33,925 nt of DNA, from the NCBI GenBank assembly GCA_003551125.1, contig PULY01000028.1, positions 1 to 33,925 on the forward strand, given 5' to 3'. This DNA is from Candidatus Iainarchaeum sp. (GTDB taxonomy: Archaea; B1Sed10-29). The position numbers and the translations under genes were made by a program. Positions 27,889-33,925 of this stretch are shown in pieces; positions within the stretch are counted from its first letter, which is position 1; each line of letters opens with the position of its first letter. The notes below the pieces were generated by a model, which was given only the letters and a program-made list of their open reading frames with translations, searched no databases and had not been told where the DNA came from.

Positions 27889-29382
27889 TTATTTATTTTT
27901 GGAATAGTTCTTTATTTTTTCTATATCCATTGATTCTATGATTTCTTTTATTTCTTCTTGGTCTATTTTTTCGGATGATACTGTGCATCCTGTAGCTAAA
28001 TGTTTAATTAGTCCTACGTTTCCTCCTTCTGGAGACTCTAGAGGACATAGTCTTCCGAAATGTGTTCCGTGCAGTTCTCTTGGGTCGATCATCTTTCCCT
28101 TTCCGCCTATTGGTGCTTTTACTCTTCTCAAGTGGCTTAGTTTAGCCATGTTGTTTTCGGCGTCTAGCATTTGTGATACTCCTGTTCTTCCTTTTGCCCA
28201 TTCTCCTCCTCGGAAGGCAAATCCTAATCTCTGTGAAAGTGATTCTGATCTTACCAGTGTTTTTATTTTTAATCTTCTTCCTCTTGCGCTTGTTCTATCC
28301 ACCTGGTATTTTACATCTCTTTTGAATTTGTTTATTGCTGTTCTAAATTGTTCTTTTATCAGTTCTCCAGATATTTTTATTCTTTTGTTAGCGTAATGGT
28401 CTCTGTCATCCGGCTTTCTTATTCCTTTTGCGGTTTCTATTCCTTTTTCAGCCATTCTAACTAAGTAATGTGCTTTATTCATCCATATTTCAGGGTCGTT
28501 TCCCATGTGTCTCAGTAAGTAGTTGTTTAGATGATATCTTACTCTTGATTCTCTGTATTCTGGTTTCTGTCTTTTTGCCACTCTTTTCCCTAGAGCTTCT
28601 ATTGGGTCTTCTTCCAATGATTCTTCTATTTTACTTAGATTTAGTATTACATCGTTTTGTATGTGTGGTTTATCTGAGAATGCGTTTAGTATATCGTTTT
28701 TTGTTTCTAAACCAAGTGCTCTCAATACGTACATTAGGTTTAAGTGTCTTGGGCTATTTGGGTAGTTTATTTTTAGTTCTCCTCTGTGTTTTCTTGTTAT
28801 TCTTATATTGCTTCTGTATCTTCCTTTTTGTGATCTTACCGTTGTTTGTGTTTTTGTTTTTCCATTTCTTATTTTTTTTGTACTCATTACTCTGTTTAAT
28901 GCTAGTTCTTCTACTCCTATTAATACTCTTTCTGATCCGTTGATTATGAAGTATCCTCCAGGGTCATCTGGATCTTCATTTGCTCTTATTAATTCATCAT
29001 CATTCATTTCTGAAAGGTAGCATAGATTGCTTTTTACCATTGTTGGCATTTTACCTGCAAATACTTTGTCTCTGTCGGTTTCTTCTCCTTCTTCCAGTAG
29101 TGACATATCCATGTATAATGCTGATGCGTATGTTCTATCTCTTAATCTTGCTTCGTGTGGGAGTATTTTCGTTCTTGCTCCATCTGCTTCTGTTGCCTTT
29201 GGTTTTCTTGCTTCTATTCCATGTAATTTTACTGTTACATCTTGTTTATCGGTTTCTATATCTTCCTGTTCTTTTATTATTTCATGGATTTCTTTCTCCA
29301 TGAATTCATTATATGAATCTATGTGTTGTTGTGTCAAAGGATTTTCATCTAAATAAGCTTTGGCTATTTCCCATTTGTACAA
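27889..29382 (-). CDS. rpoB2: DNA-directed RNA polymerase subunit B'' (Rpo2N)
   Basis: QHIDSYNEF, PHEARLRD.TY, DPGGYFIINGSERV, DDRDHYANKR, GRLCPLESPEG; TTG start after a GAGGTG SD. Confidence 0.97.
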   Translation of the reverse strand: MYKWEIAKAYLDENPLTQQHIDSYNEFMEKEIHEIIKEQEDIETDKQDVTVKLHGIEARKPKATEADGARTKILPHEARLRDRTYASALYMDMSLLEEGEETDRDKVFAGKMPTMVKSNLCYLSEMNDDELIRANEDPDDPGGYFIINGSERVLIGVEELALNRVMSTKKIRNGKTKTQTTVRSQKGRYRSNIRITRKHRGELKINYPNSPRHLNLMYVLRALGLETKNDILNAFSDKPHIQNDVILNLSKIEESLEEDPIEALGKRVAKRQKPEYRESRVRYHLNNYLLRHMGNDPEIWMNKAHYLVRMAEKGIETAKGIRKPDDRDHYANKRIKISGELIKEQFRTAINKFKRDVKYQVDRTSARGRRLKIKTLVRSESLSQRLGFAFRGGEWAKGRTGVSQMLDAENNMAKLSHLRRVKAPIGGKGKMIDPRELHGTHFGRLCPLESPEGGNVGLIKHLATGCTVSSEKIDQEEIKEIIESMDIEKIKNYSKNK

Positions 29383-29424
29383 GATTCTGCACCTCTAGTT
29401 TTTCATATTGTTATTAATTTTATT

Positions 29425-29664
29425 TTAAGCAGGTATTACTACTCTGTAGTATTTTGTTTTTCCTGCTGTTGGACTATCTCTTGTTATTTCTATTACGTCT
29501 CCTTCCTCGGCATCTATCGCCTTTATAACTGGATCATTAGTTTTTATCTTTGGTAATTCTTTTTTTGTGATCCCGTATTTCTCTAAGATCTTTTTTGCAT
29601 CTTTTTCAGATAAAATCTCGTGTTTCGGAACTAATTCATGGTTCAGGAGTGTTTCTTTGTCCAC
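29425..29664 (-). CDS. rpoH: DNA-directed RNA polymerase subunit H (Rpo5)
   Basis: HELVPKHEIL, LPKI..DP, GDVIEITRDSPTAG..YYRVV; GTG start after a GAGGAG SD. Confidence 0.97.
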   Translation of the reverse strand: MDKETLLNHELVPKHEILSEKDAKKILEKYGITKKELPKIKTNDPVIKAIDAEEGDVIEITRDSPTAGKTKYYRVVIPA

Positions 29665-29829
29665 TTTATCTCCTCTTCTTTTTTGTTATTCTTTGTTTTC
29701 CCGAGGGAATGAGAAATCTGTTTATTCATTTTAATTCTCGGATAAATTTGAATTATATTTTGTTATTTCTCTTTCGGTTTAGTTTTAGTTTGGGAAGTAT
29801 TAATTGACGCGTTATTTATTTTTCTCTTT

Positions 29830-29846
29830 GGTGTTTTTAAGGGTTT
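29830..29846 (-). promoter_or_regulatory. Putative BRE/TATA promoter of the rpoH operon
   Basis: Minus strand AAACCCTTAAAAACACC, similar to TATTTAAACACCC upstream of rpl3 (about 14491-14503). Confidence 0.4.
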
Positions 29847-29917
29847 CTGTTTTTTGTGTTTTTCATTATTTTTTCTTCTGTTTTTTATTTTTTCATCATT
29901 ATTTTTTGTGTGGGAAA

Positions 29918-29990
29918 CGTCCCGCCCGGGATTCGAACCCGAGTCCCAGCCTCGACAGGGCTGAATCCTAGGCCACTAGACTAGCGGGAC
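29918..29990 (-). tRNA. tRNA-Asp(GTC)
   Basis: GTCCCGC/GCGGGAC acceptor stem, CAGCC-CTGTCGA-GGCTG anticodon arm, TCGGG-TTCGAAT-CCCGG T arm, G discriminator. Confidence 0.96.
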
Positions 29991-30044
29991 ATATTAAGTT
30001 CTTGTTCATTTTCTTGTTTATATTGATTTCCTTAGAGTTTTGAA

Positions 30045-30149
30045 TGGGCTCGCTGAGATTTCCATTCATGAGTTAATTCACTCATTGAATTTTGAACTCA
30101 GGTCAGGAGCACCCGAAGCTCCCAGCATACCAAGCTAGCCTACGAGCCC
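30045..30149 (-). tRNA. tRNA-Pro(CGG) with a 32-nt intron at 59/60 (intron 30059-30090)
   Basis: GGGCTCG/CGAGCCC acceptor stem, GGAGC-TTCGGGT-GCTCC anticodon arm, T stem CTGAG/CTCAG. Removing 30059-30090 restores T loop TTCAAAT and a 73-nt tRNA. Confidence 0.92.
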
Positions 30150-30162
30150 ATTTTATGGTTTT

Positions 30163-30492
30163 TTAATCGAATATTGTGCCCATTCCTTGTGCTGCATTTT
30201 CTTTTTCTTCTTCTATTGCTTTTATAACTTTCTGTTTTTCATCTGCTTTCAATTCTTTTACTCCTTCGTGTTTGATTTCTTCTTCGTTTTCTTCGAAGAA
30301 TTCTTCAGGGGCATTTACGTATAGATAGCTTCCTTCTTCTTGGAAGCCTAATGATTCTGAATCTCTTAGGTCATATCCTCTTCTTTTCCATTGATTTATC
30401 TTTTTCTCATCTCCATCAAGCTCATCATCTGCTTCCAGAGATTTCTTAACTTCTCTAAGCGCTTCTGGTTTTACCATGTAAACTTTTTCCAT
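30163..30492 (-). CDS. Uncharacterised acidic protein with a ribosomal stalk (P1/P0)-like C-terminal tail
   Basis: 109 aa, GAGGTG SD, ends IEEEKENAAQGMGTIFD; stop lies 13 nt upstream of tRNA-Pro. Confidence 0.82.
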   Translation of the reverse strand: MEKVYMVKPEALREVKKSLEADDELDGDEKKINQWKRRGYDLRDSESLGFQEEGSYLYVNAPEEFFEENEEEIKHEGVKELKADEKQKVIKAIEEEKENAAQGMGTIFD

Positions 30493-30585
30493 TTTTTACA
30501 CCTCTTGTAGTTTTTGTGATTTTTGTTTTTTCCGTAGAATTAGTAATATTTTCTTTCAGTTCGCGTATTATATTTATTGTGTTGA

Positions 30586-30598
30586 GGTATATAAAAAT
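30586..30598. promoter_or_regulatory. Putative bidirectional TATA element between the supercluster and the HDAC gene
   Basis: Plus strand GGTATATAAAAAT about 30 nt before the HDAC ATG; the minus strand reads TTTTTATATA towards ORF 30163-30492. Confidence 0.45.
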
Positions 30599-30625
30599 AT
30601 AGAGGGATTTTGAAGAGGTTTTTGA

Positions 30626-31474
30626 ATGAAGTTTTTTTATCATCCGGTATTTGAAAAACATGAAACGGGTTCAATGTGTCCCGAGAAATTCAGTAGGATA
30701 GATAAAGCTCTTTCATATCTAAAGGAAAATCACGAGGAGATAAAACCAATAAATGGAGAAGAATATATATTTAGAGTTCATTCTAAAGAATATATAGATC
30801 TTATCAGAAACCATTCCAGTATTGAAGATATATCTCAGCCTTTATCAGAAGCTTATGCTTCTAAAAAAACTTATGAAGCAGCTTGTTACGCTGCTGGAGC
30901 CTCGGTTGATGCTGCTAAATTATCTTTGAAAGGTGAATCTTCTTTCGCTCTTGTCAGGCCTCCTGGTCACCATGCTCCGTTTGGAGGTTTCTGTATATTT
31001 AATAACATTGTTATTGCTGCTGATTACTTATTGAGAAAAGATAAGAAAGTGATGGTTATTGATTTTGATGCTCATCATGGTAATGGTTCTCAGCATTTCT
31101 TGAAGGATAGAGAAAATGTTGTTTACTTTTCCACTCACGAACATCCTTTTTATCCGGGCACTGGAAAGGAATCAATAGATAATTGTTATAATTTTCCTTT
31201 GAGCTCTGGTTCTGGAGATAAAGAGTTTATTGATATAATTGATAATGAACTAAAACCTCTTTTAAATTCCTTCAATCCTGATGTGGTAGGTGTTTCAGCT
31301 GGTTTTGATTCCATGAGAGATGATCCTCTCACAAATTTAAATCTTTCTACGTTTTCTTATAATGAATTGTGTAAATCGATAAGTAAATATGTCCCTTTCT
31401 TTATCTTAGAGGGAGGATATAACCCTGAAAATGTTTTTAAAGGTGTTAAACAGATATTTGAATATTTTGATTAA
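30626..31474 (+). CDS. Histone deacetylase-family (zinc-dependent amidohydrolase) protein
   Basis: RPPGHHA, GFCIFNN, DFDAHHGNG, YPGTG, SAGFD..DDPL, LEGGY motifs. Confidence 0.95.
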   Translation: MKFFYHPVFEKHETGSMCPEKFSRIDKALSYLKENHEEIKPINGEEYIFRVHSKEYIDLIRNHSSIEDISQPLSEAYASKKTYEAACYAAGASVDAAKLSLKGESSFALVRPPGHHAPFGGFCIFNNIVIAADYLLRKDKKVMVIDFDAHHGNGSQHFLKDRENVVYFSTHEHPFYPGTGKESIDNCYNFPLSSGSGDKEFIDIIDNELKPLLNSFNPDVVGVSAGFDSMRDDPLTNLNLSTFSYNELCKSISKYVPFFILEGGYNPENVFKGVKQIFEYFD

Positions 31475-31481
31475 TAATTCT

Positions 31482-31548
31482 TTTTGAGCATATGACCGAA
31501 ACCTTTATAAAGGAAGGTGTCTACAAGAAGTAATGAACATATGTTCAT
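31482..31548 (+). promoter_or_regulatory. Promoter (TTTATAAA at 31504-31511) flanked by two CATATG-centred palindromic operators
   Basis: Imperfect TTTTGAGCATATGACCGAAA (31482-31501) and perfect 16-bp ATGAACATATGTTCAT (31533-31548). Confidence 0.7.
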
Positions 31549-31572
31549 AATATAATTTAGGAGAGTGAAAAT

Positions 31573-32016
31573 ATGTCTAGACCAAGAAGACGTAGAAGAA
31601 TTCGAAGAAGACCTGAAAGGATGTGGTTTAAACCCAGAGGAGTGCCTCTATCAGAAATAGATAAAGTTGATCTCAATTCAGATGAAATAGAGGCGATGAG
31701 ATTGAAACATATGCAAGAAATGACACAGGAAGAAGCAGCTGAAGAAATGAATGTTTCAAGATCAACGTTTGCTAGAATAATTAAAGAAGCACATAAAAAA
31801 GTCACTGAGTTCCTAGTGAAAGGACATGCTCTTCAAATACAGGAGCGAAAATATGCTCATATGCCGAGAGAGTTCATTTGCAAGGAATGCGAATATCAAT
31901 GGAACGCTCCTTACGGGGAAGGAAGACCAAAAATATGTCCAGAATGTAAAAGTCAAGAAATTGAATTAAAAAAACCTAAATCAAGCTTATTGAATGATGA
32001 TATAGGAGGTGATTAA
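31573..32016 (+). CDS. DUF134 helix-turn-helix protein with a C-terminal zinc ribbon
   Basis: MSRPRRRRRI, FKPRGVP, EIEAMRL, QEEAAEEMNVSRSTFARI..AHKKV, CKEC...CPEC. Confidence 0.92.
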   Translation: MSRPRRRRRIRRRPERMWFKPRGVPLSEIDKVDLNSDEIEAMRLKHMQEMTQEEAAEEMNVSRSTFARIIKEAHKKVTEFLVKGHALQIQERKYAHMPREFICKECEYQWNAPYGEGRPKICPECKSQEIELKKPKSSLLNDDIGGD

Positions 32017-32018
32017 AT

Positions 32019-32243
32019 ATGCCATTTGGAGATAGAACAGGACCAAGAAGAAGAGGAAAACTTACGGGAAGAGGATTAGGGTACTGTGCAGGATACAGAT
32101 CACCAGGGTACACTAAAGGAGCACCAAGAAGTAGAAGAAGGTTCGGAAGATTTGGATGTGGTATGAAGCCAAGATTTGGTAGAAGATTTGGCCGAGGTCC
32201 AAGATTCAGAGATGAAAGAATAGAAGAAATAAGAGATGATTAA
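32019..32243 (+). CDS. DUF5320-like small Gly/Arg-rich protein
   Basis: MPFGDRTGP...TGRGLGYCAGY..PG signature; GGAGGTGA SD. Confidence 0.85.
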   Translation: MPFGDRTGPRRRGKLTGRGLGYCAGYRSPGYTKGAPRSRRRFGRFGCGMKPRFGRRFGRGPRFRDERIEEIRDD

Positions 32244-32245
32244 AT

Positions 32246-32426
32246 ATGTCATTAGGAAAAGGTAAAGGTAAGGGAGGTCCCCGACAAGAGATATCTTAAT
32301 AAGAGATAGTGAAGATGGTAAATATGTATGTCTGAGTTGTTTATATGAAGAGATACAAAAAAGGGGACTCCTTGCCAATATATAAAATGCTTTGAATACA
32401 GTATAGTACTAGTTGGGAAAAATTAG
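32246..32426 (+). pseudogene. Frameshifted remnant of a small Cys-rich (CxxC...PC...KCxxC) protein
   Basis: Three frame-shifted segments read MSLGKGKGKGGPR / DGKYVCLSCLYEEIQKRG / TPCQYIKCFEYSIVLVGKN*. Confidence 0.55.
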
Positions 32427-32483
32427 TGAATTATTTTGAAGTTTAGTATGTTAGTATGGTTTATTTTTTTACTTCAAAAAATA

Positions 32484-33401
32484 TTATTTATCTTGTAAAT
32501 ACTGAAAAATACTCTGTATAGCTCTTGAGCCTTGGTAAGCTGCAGTTATTACTTGTTTAAATTTATTATCAGTTACATCTCCTGCTGCGTATATTCCAGG
32601 AACATTTGTGCTCATTTCTTTATCTACTTTTATCTCTCCGCTTTTACTAGTTTCTATATCTAGATTCTTCAGTAACTCAGTCGTTGGAACTCCTCCTATG
32701 TTTATGAACAGTCCTTCTATCTCAAGTTCTTTACTTCCTTTATAAGAATTATCGAGGACCACTTTATTCATCATTTTATTTCCTTTGATTTCCTTCACGT
32801 TAGTATTATTTATTATCTCTATCTTTCCTTCTTCCACTTTTTCATAAATCTTTTTCTTTGTCATTGGCTCTGGACGAATTTCATCTCTTCTATATATTAT
32901 ATAAACTTTTTTAGCATGTTCAGTTAATAGTAAAGCTTCTTTTGCAGCTGAATCGCTTCCTCCAACAACTCCTACTTCTACATCTTTAAAAAGTGGAGCG
33001 TCGCAAACTGCACAGTAACTTACTCCTTTTCCTCTGTATTTTTTCTCTCCAGGTATTTTCAATTTCCTGTGTCTTCTACCTGTGGCTATGAGCAATGATT
33101 TTGTTTCGTATTCTTCTCCATTTTTAGTAAATACTTTAAATTTATCCTTATTTTTTTCTATTCTTGTCGCTTCATCTTCCGTTATTTCTTTTCCTAGAGA
33201 TTCTAAGTGTTCTTCAAATTCTTCTGCAAGTTCTTCTCCTGTTGTTTTACCTAGTCCAGGGTAATTTTCAACTGTATGTCCCTCTTTAATCGTTCCTCCT
33301 ATCTCTTCTCCTATTATCTCTGTATCTAAATTATAAACTGATGAATATATTCCACCTGATATTCCTGCTGGTCCAGTTCCTATTATTAGCAAATCTTTCA
33401 T
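32484..33401 (-). CDS. trxB: Thioredoxin reductase (FAD/NAD(P)-dependent disulfide oxidoreductase)
   Basis: IIGTGPAG, VENYPG, IATG, GKGVSYCAVCDAPLF, VVGGSDSA, PGIYAAGD, QVITAA. Confidence 0.95.
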   Translation of the reverse strand: MKDLLIIGTGPAGISGGIYSSVYNLDTEIIGEEIGGTIKEGHTVENYPGLGKTTGEELAEEFEEHLESLGKEITEDEATRIEKNKDKFKVFTKNGEEYETKSLLIATGRRHRKLKIPGEKKYRGKGVSYCAVCDAPLFKDVEVGVVGGSDSAAKEALLLTEHAKKVYIIYRRDEIRPEPMTKKKIYEKVEEGKIEIINNTNVKEIKGNKMMNKVVLDNSYKGSKELEIEGLFINIGGVPTTELLKNLDIETSKSGEIKVDKEMSTNVPGIYAAGDVTDNKFKQVITAAYQGSRAIQSIFQYLQDK

Positions 33402-33560
33402 TTTTGATTCCTCCTTCTATTCTAATTATAAATATGCTATCTGAGTTAATATTACTCCATTTATTACTTATAAATTTGTTGTGGTTTTCAAAACAAAATC
33501 CTTTATTCAGAGATAAATGCTTAAATATATTCAGGTTTTTCTTTTTTCCAGGTGGTAAAA

Positions 33561-33925
33561 ATGAAATATAATGATAAGAAGAGCCTTAGAACTCATAAAA
33601 ATAATGATATAACTACAGGAACATCTTTAGTTAATCCTGAACATGTTTCTCAGTCAGGATTATGCTCTATATGCACAATGGAAGGAAACTGCGAAGTTGG
33701 AAAAAGAGCAAAAACAGGAGAAACTCTTTTCCCGGAACCTTTCGGAACTGCTCAATTTGGAGGAGAGAAAAAAACACCTTGTTTGGATGATTTACAAATA
33801 ATTCCTGAATTATACGGTCCAAGTATAGATTTTGAAGAAGTAAAAGTATCTTCAAAGATAGGTAGCTTCCAAGTATCTTTACCAGTTACAATAGCATCCA
33901 TGGGATCCACAAAAGTAGCTCACCA
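33561..33925 (+). CDS. FMN-binding glutamate synthase-family protein (3' end runs off the window)
   Basis: Not in the ORF track. ATG at 33561 after AGGTGG; manual translation gives MKYNDKKS...SQSGLCSICTMEGNCEVG...LFPEPFGTAQFGGEK...LPVTIASMGSTKVAH, open to the window end. Confidence 0.75.
   Translation, partial: MKYNDKKSLRTHKNNDITTGTSLVNPEHVSQSGLCSICTMEGNCEVGKRAKTGETLFPEPFGTAQFGGEKKTPCLDDLQIIPELYGPSIDFEEVKVSSKIGSFQVSLPVTIASMGSTKVAH

Noticed and set aside
18167..29382. Possible inteins or loss of the diphthamide site in EF-2/RNAP
   Set aside because: Subunit lengths are normal, no intein motifs are visible, and the EF-2 HRG diphthamide motif is intact.
1654..29807. Numerous plus-strand Phe/Leu/Ser-rich ORFs (e.g. 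22441-23430, 9748-10611)
   Set aside because: They are antisense shadows of A-rich conserved genes; the T-rich strand is depleted in stops and the ORFs show no recognisable motifs.
31702..31867. Additional CATATG hexamers inside the DUF134 gene
   Set aside because: They correspond to His-Met codons, and the flanks match the operator palindrome poorly.

Overview
Low-GC archaeal genome segment. The strongly diverged informational proteins suggest a DPANN-like lineage (inference). Positions 1-30492 form one continuous minus-strand informational supercluster. In transcription order it runs: an uncharacterised acidic protein ending in a ribosomal-stalk-like tail, tRNA-Pro(CGG) with a T-loop intron, tRNA-Asp(GTC), the RNA polymerase operon (rpoH-B''-B'-A'-A''-eL30-nusA), the str cluster (uS12-uS7-EF2-EF1A-uS10), a dCMP deaminase/tRNA-Ser/pyrH/membrane-protein insert, the S10-spc ribosomal protein cluster (uL3 to uL15), and secY-adk-DUF106-cmk. 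The last 3.3 kb hold an HDAC-family hydrolase, a DUF134/DUF5320 unit with palindromic operators and a decayed Cys-rich gene, thioredoxin reductase, and the start of an FMN-binding glutamate synthase-family gene. The most notable observations are: (1) a candidate stalk-tail mimic protein heading the cluster; (2) substitutions in normally invariant RNA polymerase active-centre motifs and in the uS12 decoding loops; (3) a 32-nt bulge-helix-bulge intron at tRNA position 59/60; (4) structured leaders and operators. No CRISPR array, transposase or rRNA was seen.
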